Shown here one piece after another: positions 44,007 to 53,527 of a DNA stretch of 64,000 bases. The translations under genes were made by a program, and so were the position numbers. Under the pieces are notes generated by a model, which was not told where the DNA came from, searched no databases, and saw only the letters and a program-made list of their open reading frames with translations. Numbering within the stretch: the first letter of the stretch is position 1; the number at the start of each line of letters is the position of its first letter. This stretch comes from an uncultured virus (IMG/VR IMGVR_UViG_3300029305_001083). Its lineage: Duplodnaviria; Heunggongvirae; Uroviricota; Caudoviricetes. Location of the stretch: the IMG/VR virus record IMGVR_UViG_3300029305_001083, one strand, 5' to 3'.

Positions 44007-45752
44007 ATGGCGTTGTCGAATACTGCTACTCCGATTTATTACGGTAAATTCAGGGACGCCGTGATGAGAGGTGAAATACCAGTTTGTAAAGAAATCTCAA
44101 TGGAGATGAACAGAATCGACGACCTAATTGCGAACCCTGGAATCTACTATGACGATCAAGCAATTAATGGGTTCATTGAATTCTGTGAGAAAGAATTAAC
44201 ATTAACCGACGGAGGGGATCTACATCTATTGGACTCGTTCAAACTGTGGGCCGAACAAGTATTCGGATGGTACTACTTTGTTGAACGAAGTGTGTTTGAA
44301 CCATCGCCAGATGGACATGGTGGTAGATATGTAACTAAAAAGATAAAGAAACGTTTGATTAATAAACAGTATCTAATAGTCGCAAGGGGTGCGGCAAAAT
44401 CGATGTATGGTTCACTGATACAAAATTACTATCTTAACGTTGACGTTACAACCACTCACCAGATAACAACTGCGCCGACAATGAAACAAGCGGAGGAGAT
44501 ACTATCACCAATGCGTACATCTATTACCCGAGCAAAAGGACCTTTATTTCAATTCTTAACCGAAGGGTCTTTACAGAATACCACTGGCTCTAAAGCTAAT
44601 AGAACAAAGCTAGCATCAACTAAGAAAGGGATAGAGAACTTCTTAACTGGTTCTTTATTGGAGATTAGACCTATGAACATTAACAAACTTCAAGGTTTGC
44701 GTTGTAAAATCGCAACAGTTGACGAATGGTTATCGGGGGATATACGGGAGGACGTAATAGGTGCCATAGAACAAGGGGCATCTAAATTAGATGATTATTT
44801 GATTATAGCTATGAGTTCAGAAGGTACTGTGCGTAATGGAAGTGGTGACACAATCAAAATGGAATTAATGGAAATCCTTAAAGGTGAATATATTAATCCC
44901 CACGTATCGATTTGGTACTATCGTTTGGATGAAGTAGAAGAAGTAGGAGATCCCAGAACATGGTTGAAAGCAAACCCGAATCTTGGTAAAACCGTAACAT
45001 ATGAAACTTATCAATTGGATGTAGAAAGAGCCGAGAAAGCACCGGCCGTTCGAAATGATATTCTAGCTAAACGTTTCGGAATACCAATGGAAGGTTATAC
45101 ATACTTCTTTACTTACGATGAAACACTACCACATAGACGAAGAGATTTCTGGGGTATGCCGTGTGCCATGGGAGCGGACTTATCTCAGGGTGATGATTTC
45201 TGTGCGTTTACATTCTTATTCCCATTAAGAGATGGATCGTTTGGAATAAAGACTCGAAACTATATAACCGATAAGACATTACATAAACTTCCAGGAGCAA
45301 TGAGGTTGAAGTATGATGAATTTATGAGGGAAGGAAGCCTAATAGTTCTCGAAGGTACCGTTTTAGATATGGAGGAAGTTTATGATGACTTGGATGCACA
45401 TATAGTCGATAGGGAATACGATATTCGATGCTTTGGGTTTGACCCTTATAACGCCAGAGCATTTGTTGAACGATGGGAACGAGAAAACGGACCATTTGGT
45501 ATAGAAAAAGTTATACAAGGAGCTAAAACCGAGTCAGTTCCATTAGGGGAACTTAAAAAGTTAGCAGAAGAAAGAATGTTAATCTTCGATGAAGAACTTA
45601 TGACGTTTGCTATGGGGAATTGTATAACTCTAGAAGATACTAACGGTAATAGGAAGTTATTAAAAAGACGATATGACCAGAAGATAGATGCGGTTGCTGC
45701 GATGATGGATGGTTATGTCGCATATAAGTTAAATAAAGACGCCTTTGAGTAA
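44007..45752 (+). CDS. terL: terminase large subunit
   Basis: VARGAAKS Walker A, TVDEW Walker B, KANPNLG, GADLS, GFDPYN, KIDAVAAMMD. Confidence 0.9.
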   Translation: MALSNTATPIYYGKFRDAVMRGEIPVCKEISMEMNRIDDLIANPGIYYDDQAINGFIEFCEKELTLTDGGDLHLLDSFKLWAEQVFGWYYFVERSVFEPSPDGHGGRYVTKKIKKRLINKQYLIVARGAAKSMYGSLIQNYYLNVDVTTTHQITTAPTMKQAEEILSPMRTSITRAKGPLFQFLTEGSLQNTTGSKANRTKLASTKKGIENFLTGSLLEIRPMNINKLQGLRCKIATVDEWLSGDIREDVIGAIEQGASKLDDYLIIAMSSEGTVRNGSGDTIKMELMEILKGEYINPHVSIWYYRLDEVEEVGDPRTWLKANPNLGKTVTYETYQLDVERAEKAPAVRNDILAKRFGIPMEGYTYFFTYDETLPHRRRDFWGMPCAMGADLSQGDDFCAFTFLFPLRDGSFGIKTRNYITDKTLHKLPGAMRLKYDEFMREGSLIVLEGTVLDMEEVYDDLDAHIVDREYDIRCFGFDPYNARAFVERWERENGPFGIEKVIQGAKTESVPLGELKKLAEERMLIFDEELMTFAMGNCITLEDTNGNRKLLKRRYDQKIDAVAAMMDGYVAYKLNKDAFE

Positions 45753-46942
45753 GGGGGTGATAAGATGAACACTTGGACTTGTACACGCCAAGGTGAGCTG
45801 TATCATCATGGTATTAAAGGACAAAAATGGGGTGTACGAAGATTTCAAAATAAAGACGGTTCTCTAACTCCTGCGGGTAGAAGAAGATATGACGAACCAA
45901 ACAAGGGTCGAAAAAGTAATGGTGAGGAAATAACAATTGATGGACAGACTTTTAAAATCCATGGAAATAGACAATCTAATAAATCATACGTCGATAAGGT
46001 TGAGAAAAAAGCAAAAGGTATGGGTTATAAAGTGGAAAGAAAGTCTAACGTAAACGAATCATCAAAAAATCAGACATTATCCGACGAGGAGCGAAAAAGA
46101 CGTATAAGAAGAAATGTAATGATCGGTGCCGGAGCTGTCGCGGCAGGATTAATCGTTATAGGGACTATGCGTTATGTTTCTAATAATAAGAAAATGGATT
46201 TAGCAAAAGGTGTGCAAGAGATTGGTTTTCGTAAAATGATTGGTGAAGAATTATCAGGAAAAGATACAATAATAAAAAAGGGTACAAAATTTCAACGTAT
46301 AAGTTCTATGAAATTAGAAGACTATACTAATAAAGGTAGGGTTGTATATACTTCTTATTTAAAAGGTGATAACTCCATATATATGCGTGATATGCCAGAT
46401 AATATAGCTCAATGGAGACGCTCGCATATCATAAATGATGGTGGAAAAGACGTATATCGACATCTGATGACTATGAATAAAGATATTAAAGTGGCGTCAC
46501 CTAGAAAGGTGTTGGAGGCATATGAGGCTGCTACTGGAAACAAACAACCTAAACATTATGAATACATGAATTTTATGACCAATCTTGTTGATAGGGATAA
46601 TGCTGATAATCAAAAATTCTTCGACTATTTAAGAAAAGCCGGTTATAACGCATTAGTTGATGAAAACGACTCAACTGCTTATACTAAGAAGCCGTTGATA
46701 CTTCTTGACGCTGCTAGCGATATTGCGGGTGTTAAGACCGATAAAGTTGGCTGGTTTAATTCTATAATCAGCGTATTAATGTATAGCGATAAAAGATAAG
46801 GGGGTGATAAGATGAACACTTGGACTTGTACACGCCAAGGTGAGCTGTATCATCATGGTATTAAAGGACAAAAATGGGGTGTACGAAGATTTCAAAATAA
46901 AGACGGTTCTCTAACTCCTGCGGGTAGAAGAAGATATGACGA
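45750..46942 (+). repeat. perfect 146-bp direct repeat (45750-45895 = 46797-46942)
   Basis: Covers upstream stop codon, SD and the first 43 codons of two adjacent genes. Confidence 0.95.
45765..46799 (+). CDS. HHGIKGQKWG-leader protein with variable cargo domain
   Basis: ELYHHGIKGQKWGVRRFQNKDGSLT; internal hydrophobic helix; C-terminal GYNALVDEND...PLILLD. Confidence 0.75.
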   Translation: MNTWTCTRQGELYHHGIKGQKWGVRRFQNKDGSLTPAGRRRYDEPNKGRKSNGEEITIDGQTFKIHGNRQSNKSYVDKVEKKAKGMGYKVERKSNVNESSKNQTLSDEERKRRIRRNVMIGAGAVAAGLIVIGTMRYVSNNKKMDLAKGVQEIGFRKMIGEELSGKDTIIKKGTKFQRISSMKLEDYTNKGRVVYTSYLKGDNSIYMRDMPDNIAQWRRSHIINDGGKDVYRHLMTMNKDIKVASPRKVLEAYEAATGNKQPKHYEYMNFMTNLVDRDNADNQKFFDYLRKAGYNALVDENDSTAYTKKPLILLDAASDIAGVKTDKVGWFNSIISVLMYSDKR

Positions 46943-47888
46943 CGATGGATCAACGGTTAAGGGTATGAAATACGGTGTCAATAAGAAGTTCTATAAGTCA
47001 TATATGGATGAAGACCGAGTTCTCAAAGAGGGTAAACATATCCAAAACATAACATCCAATCAAGCTCGTGATTTATCTAGAGGAGCGCCCGTTTATGGAG
47101 CCCATACTAAGCATGATAAGAATGCGTATGCGGGTAGATATGCTATGGGTAAACTTGCCCTAGGGGAAAAAGCGATTAAAAACGATTTGGTTTTACTTAA
47201 AGATGTTAAGGTCGCTTCCCAAAAACAAGCTGTTGATACCTTTATGGAAATGTATAAAAAGGACCCGAAAGGTGTTGCTGAATCTATAGGTAGAGCGTAT
47301 GCTGAAATAGATTTCCTTAATGGTATATCTAGATTCAGGGAATGGAATGCTAAACGAGTTGCGGATAAATACGGCAAAAAGGGAGAAGACTGGGTTAAGT
47401 CTAAAGGGTATTTATTATTTAATCAATCCATGATGTCTACGAAAGAAGCTGAAGCTAGAAATAGATACTATGAACTCTTAACTAAGAAAGGATACGACGC
47501 GATAAGTGATATTAATGATATTCAGACTGGTTATAATTCCGACGACCCTATTATCTTCTTTAATGCGAAGTCAACGATGAAGAATGTTAGCCAAAAAGAA
47601 TTAACTCTCGGAGATATAGAGTTGGCAAAAGCTAGATATGAGTATGATGAGGCTCGTAGATTAAGTCCTATTTGGAGAACTATCGATAAGATGACATACC
47701 AACAACATTCGAATGCCAAAACGAACCTGAGAGCAGCCGAAAGAAGAAACGATGTTAAAAAGCAAGATTCATATGTAAAAGAAAGAGCTGAGTTAGATAG
47801 AAAAGTTAAGCAATACAAGAAGGAACACCCTAATACTAAATTAACGAATTCAGAAATAGAAACTATGCTACAAGCTGAAGAGACATAG
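46812..47888 (+). CDS. HHGIKGQKWG-leader protein with variable cargo domain
   Basis: Identical leader; C-terminal GYDAISDIND...PIIFFN. Confidence 0.75.
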   Translation: MNTWTCTRQGELYHHGIKGQKWGVRRFQNKDGSLTPAGRRRYDDDGSTVKGMKYGVNKKFYKSYMDEDRVLKEGKHIQNITSNQARDLSRGAPVYGAHTKHDKNAYAGRYAMGKLALGEKAIKNDLVLLKDVKVASQKQAVDTFMEMYKKDPKGVAESIGRAYAEIDFLNGISRFREWNAKRVADKYGKKGEDWVKSKGYLLFNQSMMSTKEAEARNRYYELLTKKGYDAISDINDIQTGYNSDDPIIFFNAKSTMKNVSQKELTLGDIELAKARYEYDEARRLSPIWRTIDKMTYQQHSNAKTNLRAAERRNDVKKQDSYVKERAELDRKVKQYKKEHPNTKLTNSEIETMLQAEET

Positions 47889-47908
47889 AAAGGGGGTGAA
47901 AATTCAAA

Positions 47909-49153
47909 ATGAGAATGAGAGATAGACTACAACATGCTTGGAATGCGTTCGTCTATAATGATAACACTTATACCAACCCTCAAAATTTAGGTGGGTTTAG
48001 TACCTTCAAGCCGGATAGAGTTCATTTTTCGAGAGGTGTTGAAAAGTCAATAGTAACATCGGTGTATAATCGTTTAGCTTTGGATGTCGCGTCCCTTGCG
48101 ATAAAACATGTTCGTTTGGATGAAAACGGTAGATATATGGAGGAAGTAAATTCTGGCTTACAAAATTGCTTGACCGTTGAAGCTAACATCGACCAAACAG
48201 GCAGAGCATTCTTACAAGATGTGGTAATGTCTATGTTGGACGAAGGATGTGTTGCTATTGTGCCGGTAGACACAACTGTAAATCCGGCAGTATCTGGTTC
48301 TTATGAGATAAACACAATGCGAACAGGAAAGATATTAGAGTGGTATCCGGCACATGTGAGAATCAGAGTGTATAACGATAAGAAAGGTATACATGAAGAG
48401 ATAACACTTCCAAAATCATCGGTAGCAATAATTGAAAACCCACTATATGCTGTCATCAATGAACCGAATTCAACAATGCAGCGTCTAATAAGAAAATTAA
48501 ATTTATTAGATGTCGTAGACGAGCAGACAAGTTCTGGAAAACTTGACCTAATCATCCAATTACCATACGTTATTAAAAGTGAAGCCAGAAGAAGACAAGC
48601 CGAGGAACGCAGAAAAGACATCGAAATGCAATTATCGGGCTCTAAGTATGGTATAGCTTATACGGATGGAACCGAAAGAATTACACAATTGAATAGACCT
48701 GCCGAAAACAACTTAATGAAACAAGTTGAGTATTTAACTAGCATGCTCTATAGTCAATTAGGACTAACACAAAGTATTATGGATGGAAGCGCGGATGAGA
48801 AAACAATGTTAAACTATTATAATAGAACAATCGAACCTATTATCGCGGCAATAGTAGATGAAATGAAACGTAAATTCTTGACGAAAACCGCTAGATCACA
48901 AAGACAAACGGTTATGTATTTCCGAGACCCATTTAAGTTAGTACCAGTAAATGAAATAGCTGAAATAGCCGATAAATTTACTAGAAATGAAATTATGACA
49001 TCTAACGAAATAAGACAAGTAGTGGGAATGAGACCTTCGGATGACCCATCGGCAGACGAACTACGTAATAAGAACCTAAATCAATCAGGTGAAGAGATTG
49101 AAGCAAAACAGGCTCCTGAGAAAATTCAAAATGAAAAAGAGGTGACTGAATAA
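47909..49153 (+). CDS. portal protein
   Basis: Position between terminase and protease/capsid; YNRLALDVA, EANIDQT, IMTSNEIR. Confidence 0.85.
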   Translation: MRMRDRLQHAWNAFVYNDNTYTNPQNLGGFSTFKPDRVHFSRGVEKSIVTSVYNRLALDVASLAIKHVRLDENGRYMEEVNSGLQNCLTVEANIDQTGRAFLQDVVMSMLDEGCVAIVPVDTTVNPAVSGSYEINTMRTGKILEWYPAHVRIRVYNDKKGIHEEITLPKSSVAIIENPLYAVINEPNSTMQRLIRKLNLLDVVDEQTSSGKLDLIIQLPYVIKSEARRRQAEERRKDIEMQLSGSKYGIAYTDGTERITQLNRPAENNLMKQVEYLTSMLYSQLGLTQSIMDGSADEKTMLNYYNRTIEPIIAAIVDEMKRKFLTKTARSQRQTVMYFRDPFKLVPVNEIAEIADKFTRNEIMTSNEIRQVVGMRPSDDPSADELRNKNLNQSGEEIEAKQAPEKIQNEKEVTE

Positions 49154-50841
49154 TGAAATACGATTTCAGTGGATGGGCTACTAAGAATAATCTTAAATGT
49201 TCAGATGGTAGAACTATCCTACGAGATGCATTTAAACATAACGATGGACAAACCGTTCCGTTAGTATGGAACCACCAACACAATGACCCATTGAATGTGT
49301 TAGGGCATGCATTACTTGAGAATAGAGAATCTGGTGTATATGCTTATTGTAAATTCAATGAGACTGAAGCTGGTAAAAATGCAAAAATGTTAGTGGAACA
49401 TGGCGATGTAACAGCGTTATCAATTTATGCAAATCAATTAAAACAAAAAGGCGGTAACGTCGAACACGGTGTTATTCGTGAAGTAAGTTTAGTGCTAGCT
49501 GGAGCTAATCCAGGGGCATTTATTGACTCTATCTTACGTCATGGGGAAGCTTCAGACGAAGAAGGGGTTATTTATACTGGTGAGAATATCGAATTAGCTC
49601 ACGCAGAAGAAAAGAAAGAGGAGGAGAAAGAAGTGGCAGATAATAAAGAAAGAACAGTTCAAGATGTTGTTGATAGTATGACTGAAGAACAACGCAATGT
49701 TATGTACGCTTTAATTGGACAAGCCTTAGAAGGCTCAGATGTTAAACATTCAGATGAATATGAAAATGGAGGAGACGATGAGATGAAACATAATGTATTT
49801 GAAAGTGAAAATATTCAAGGAGCTAATTCTAATGAATTAACTCATGCTGAGATGCAAACTATATTAAAAGATGCTAAGAGATATGGTTCTTTACGTGAAA
49901 GCTGCTTACAACACGGTATCGAACATATCGATGAACCTGGATATTTATTCCCAGAATTCAAAAATTTAAACCGTGAACCAGAATTTGTTGGTCGCGACCA
50001 AGGATGGGTTGGAGTTGTAATGTCTGGAGTACACCGCACACCATTCTCTCGTATCAAATCTTTACAAGCTGATATTCGTGAAGACGAAGCTCGTGCATTA
50101 GGTTACATTAAAGGTAACATGAAAAAAGAAGAAGTATTCACATTATTAAAACGTACTACTGACCCACAAACTGTGTATAAAAAACAAAAATTACATCGAG
50201 ATGATGTATTGGATATCACAGATTTCGATGTTGTAGCATTTATTAAAAAAGAAATGCGTATGATGTTAGAAGAAGAAATCGCTCGTGCTATCTTAATCGG
50301 TGATGGACGTTTACCAGATTCAGATGATAAAATTCAACAAAGCCATATTCGTTCAATCGCAAACGAAGAAGAATTATACTGCATCAAATACGACGTTAAA
50401 CCTGCTGAAAATACACCAGAAGCTAAAGCTAAAGAAATGATTCGTTCGGCTTTACGTGCTCGCGTTGATTATAAAGGTTCTGGAGAACCAACATTATTTA
50501 CTACAGAAGCTGTTGTAACTGAAATGTTATTATTAGAAGATAAAAATGGACGCGTTATCTATGATTCAGTTTCTAAATTAGCTACAGCTATGCGTGTTAA
50601 AAACATCGTAACAGTTCCAGTTATGGAAGGCGCTCAAAACCTTGATAAAACTAAAAACATCTTAGGTATTATCGTTAACTTACGTGACTATAATGTTGGT
50701 GCAGATAAAGGTGGAGCTGTATCAATGTTCGAAGATTTCGATATCGACTACAATGCTCAAAAATACTTAATTGAAACACGTTGCTCTGGAGCATTAATTA
50801 AACCATTCTCAGCTATCGTATTACAAGAAGACCCTCAATAA
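49153..50841 (+). CDS. fused prohead protease, scaffold-like linker and major capsid protein
   Basis: FSGWA...DGR.I...AF, PLVWNH, LSIYA, EVSLV..GANPGA; HK97-like C-terminal half (EEIARAILIGDG). Confidence 0.85.
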   Translation: MKYDFSGWATKNNLKCSDGRTILRDAFKHNDGQTVPLVWNHQHNDPLNVLGHALLENRESGVYAYCKFNETEAGKNAKMLVEHGDVTALSIYANQLKQKGGNVEHGVIREVSLVLAGANPGAFIDSILRHGEASDEEGVIYTGENIELAHAEEKKEEEKEVADNKERTVQDVVDSMTEEQRNVMYALIGQALEGSDVKHSDEYENGGDDEMKHNVFESENIQGANSNELTHAEMQTILKDAKRYGSLRESCLQHGIEHIDEPGYLFPEFKNLNREPEFVGRDQGWVGVVMSGVHRTPFSRIKSLQADIREDEARALGYIKGNMKKEEVFTLLKRTTDPQTVYKKQKLHRDDVLDITDFDVVAFIKKEMRMMLEEEIARAILIGDGRLPDSDDKIQQSHIRSIANEEELYCIKYDVKPAENTPEAKAKEMIRSALRARVDYKGSGEPTLFTTEAVVTEMLLLEDKNGRVIYDSVSKLATAMRVKNIVTVPVMEGAQNLDKTKNILGIIVNLRDYNVGADKGGAVSMFEDFDIDYNAQKYLIETRCSGALIKPFSAIVLQEDPQ

Positions 50842-50856
50842 TAGGAGAAATTCAAA

Positions 50857-51171
50857 ATGGCTAAATTCTATGGGGTAATTGGCTATGCTGTAACCGAAGA
50901 AACAGAGCCGGGTATCTATGAAGAACGAATTATAGAAAAAGAACATTTCGGAGATGTAATTAGAAACACTCGTAGATTAAGTAATGCGGCAAAAGTGAAT
51001 GATGATATCACCATCTCAAATCAAATAAGTATAGTAGCAGACCCATTCGCAAATAATAACTTTCATTCAATGCGATATGTTTCATTTATGGGTTCGAAAT
51101 GGAAAGTAACCGAAGTAGAAGTCCAATACCCTAGATTGATATTGACGTTAGGGGGAGTGTATAATGGATAG
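50857..51171 (+). CDS. head-tail stopper/closure protein
   Basis: Follows capsid gene; small beta protein (W.V..VEV..PRLIL). Confidence 0.6.
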   Translation: MAKFYGVIGYAVTEETEPGIYEERIIEKEHFGDVIRNTRRLSNAAKVNDDITISNQISIVADPFANNNFHSMRYVSFMGSKWKVTEVEVQYPRLILTLGGVYNG

Positions 51172-51472
51172 ACGAATCGAACTACACGATAAATTAATCG
51201 ATATACTTGGAAATAGAAATGTATATTTTCAACCCCCAGCGTCGGTACAACTCTCTTATCCGTGTGTTATTTATAATCTTGGAACTGGCGATATTAAACG
51301 TGCGGATAATTCGGTTTACACTTATACCAATAGTTATGAGGTAATGTTTATTTACAAAAGACCAAACATGGAAATTCTTGAGACAATGTTAACCACATTT
51401 TCAATGTGCAGCGTATCAAGGGTCTATGTTGCTGATAACTTGAATCATTATACATTTAATTTATATTATTAA
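51164..51472 (+). CDS. tail terminator/completion protein
   Basis: VYFQPP....YPC.IY; directly before major tail gene. Confidence 0.65.
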   Translation: MDRRIELHDKLIDILGNRNVYFQPPASVQLSYPCVIYNLGTGDIKRADNSVYTYTNSYEVMFIYKRPNMEILETMLTTFSMCSVSRVYVADNLNHYTFNLYY

Positions 51473-51488
51473 ATAAGGAGGAAATGAA

Positions 51489-52139
51489 ATGGCAAAATTA
51501 GTATTTAACAACGTCGGTGAACGTTTATTCGAAACCGGAGTTAAAAACGGCGTTCTTTATGTTATGGGGGACAACGGTGCTTATGAAACTGGTGTGGTAT
51601 GGAATGGGTTAACTTCTGTTACAGAAAGTCCATCTGGGGCAGAAACAACTCCATTATATGCGGATGATGTAAAATACGTAGTAATCTATGCGGCGGAAGA
51701 ATTCGGAGCAACAGTTGAAGCTTATACTTATCCAGAAGAATTCGAACAATGTGACGGTAGCGCAGCAATTTCTGATGGTATTACAATCGGACAACAAACA
51801 CGTAAATCATTTGGTATGTGTTATAAAACTTCTGTTGGTAACGACGTACAAGGACAAGATTATGGATACAAAATTCATATTATTTATGGGGCTAAAGCTG
51901 CACCATCTGAAAAATCTTATTCTACAATCAATGATAGCCCAGAAGCAGTAACATTTAGCTGGGAGTTATCAACTGTTCCAGTACCAGTTGAAGGTCACAA
52001 CCCAACTGCTACAATGGTAATCGATTCTACTCGTGTTCCAGCTGAGAAAATGGCATTAATCGAAGCTAAATTATATGGGTCGGAAGAAGGAGAAGCAACT
52101 TTACCATTACCGGATGAAATCTTAGCGTTAATTAAATAG
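51489..52139 (+). CDS. major tail protein
   Basis: ETGV..GVLY, WNGL, LYADD, GYKIHIIY.A.A.PSE...TIN.SPE...FSWE. Confidence 0.85.
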   Translation: MAKLVFNNVGERLFETGVKNGVLYVMGDNGAYETGVVWNGLTSVTESPSGAETTPLYADDVKYVVIYAAEEFGATVEAYTYPEEFEQCDGSAAISDGITIGQQTRKSFGMCYKTSVGNDVQGQDYGYKIHIIYGAKAAPSEKSYSTINDSPEAVTFSWELSTVPVPVEGHNPTATMVIDSTRVPAEKMALIEAKLYGSEEGEATLPLPDEILALIK

Positions 52140-52148
52140 TTTATATTT

Positions 52149-52184
52149 GGGCCTCGCGGTAAATCGTGAGGCTCTTAGATTTTA
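52149..52184 (+). terminator. hairpin/terminator after major tail gene
   Basis: GGGCCTCGCGG-TAAA-TCGTGAGGCTC. Confidence 0.6.
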
Positions 52185-52220
52185 CAAAATACAAAAATAC
52201 TAATAAGGAGAGATGAATGT

Positions 52221-52589
52221 ATGTTAAAGAAAACAGTTACTTATGTTGATTATAATGGTGTTGAAAGAACAGAGGATTTCTACTTTAATTTATCTAAAGC
52301 CGAGGTTACGGAAATGGAACTATCCGTTCGAGGTGGTTTATCTGCAATGTTAGAAGAATTAGTTAAATCGGGAGATAATGCGAGAATCGTAGAGATTTTT
52401 AAGGATTTAGTTTTAAGATCATACGGTGAGAAATCAGCAGATGGTAAACGATTCGTAAAAAGTAAAGAACTTTCGGAAGCATTCTCACAAACAGAAGCAT
52501 ATAGTGAAATCTTTATGGAGCTAGCGTTAGATGAAAAAGCCGCAGCGGCTTTCGTAAATGGAATCCTACCGGCAAACCTAACCAAATAA
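52221..52589 (+). CDS. tail assembly chaperone
   Basis: Position between major tail and tape measure genes. Confidence 0.6.
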   Translation: MLKKTVTYVDYNGVERTEDFYFNLSKAEVTEMELSVRGGLSAMLEELVKSGDNARIVEIFKDLVLRSYGEKSADGKRFVKSKELSEAFSQTEAYSEIFMELALDEKAAAAFVNGILPANLTK

Positions 52590-52605
52590 ATCTAGGTGAT
52601 GTCAC

Positions 52606-53145
52606 ATGTTAGAGATAACAATACCAGGTCTAGAATATTTTAATGAAGAGACGAACGAATTCACTTATTACGACGATGTTACTATAGAACTGGAGCATTC
52701 CCTTGTGTCGATTTCAAAATGGGAATCGAATTGGTGTAAACCATTTCTTGATGGTAAAGATAAAACGATGGAAGAAATAATCGATTATGTTAAATGTATG
52801 ACTATAACAGATAAAGTCGACGATGATACGTATAATAGGTTGACGGAGGGTAATCTTATAGCAATTAATGAATATATCGGTCGACCGATGACTGCAACAA
52901 CATTTAGAGAAGAAAAGAAACCTGGCGGGAGAGAGATAATAACATCTGAAATAATCTACTATTGGATGGTTTCTTATAACATACCGTTCGAGTGTCAATA
53001 TTGGCATCTTAACAGGCTATTAACACTGGTGAAAGTTTGTAATGTTAAGAATAATCCACCTAAGAAAATGTCACAACAAGAGATTCTAGCAAGAAATAAA
53101 GCCTTGAATGATGCTAGAAGAAAACAATACGGAACAAGGGGATGA
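52606..53145 (+). CDS. tail assembly chaperone-like protein
   Basis: Position; TSEIIYYWM...IPFECQ.WHLNRL. Confidence 0.55.
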   Translation: MLEITIPGLEYFNEETNEFTYYDDVTIELEHSLVSISKWESNWCKPFLDGKDKTMEEIIDYVKCMTITDKVDDDTYNRLTEGNLIAINEYIGRPMTATTFREEKKPGGREIITSEIIYYWMVSYNIPFECQYWHLNRLLTLVKVCNVKNNPPKKMSQQEILARNKALNDARRKQYGTRG

Positions 53146-53149
53146 TAGC

Positions 53150-53527
53150 TTGATACGGTTAACATCTAAAGGTGATTTCGATAAAACTTTTAGATTTCTA
53201 AAGAAAATGAGTAATTTCAAAGTTAATAAAATATTAGAGAAGTATGGAGCCATGGGTGTTAGCGCTTTATCGAACGCTACACCTGTGGATAGTGGTTTAA
53301 CAGCTAGTAGTTGGGGTTATGAAATCTCAGTTGGGAAAGAAGGAGCAACTATACATTGGACTAATACGAATCAACAAAACGGTATTTATATAGCTGTTAT
53401 TCTACAATACGGTCATGGAACTGGTACTGGGGGATATGTGCAAGGAAGAGATTACATCAACCCAGCCATTCGTCCGGTATTCGACAAGATAGCCGAGGAG
53501 GCATGGATGGAGGTGGTTAACTCATGA
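53150..53527 (+). CDS. HK97 gp10-like tail component
   Basis: TPVDSG.T..SW, LQYGH, YINPA. Confidence 0.65.
   Translation: MIRLTSKGDFDKTFRFLKKMSNFKVNKILEKYGAMGVSALSNATPVDSGLTASSWGYEISVGKEGATIHWTNTNQQNGIYIAVILQYGHGTGTGGYVQGRDYINPAIRPVFDKIAEEAWMEVVNS

Noticed and set aside
52221..53145. Programmed frameshift between tail chaperone genes
   Set aside because: No clear XXXYYYZ slippery site near the first stop; the second ORF has its own AGGTGA SD and ATG.
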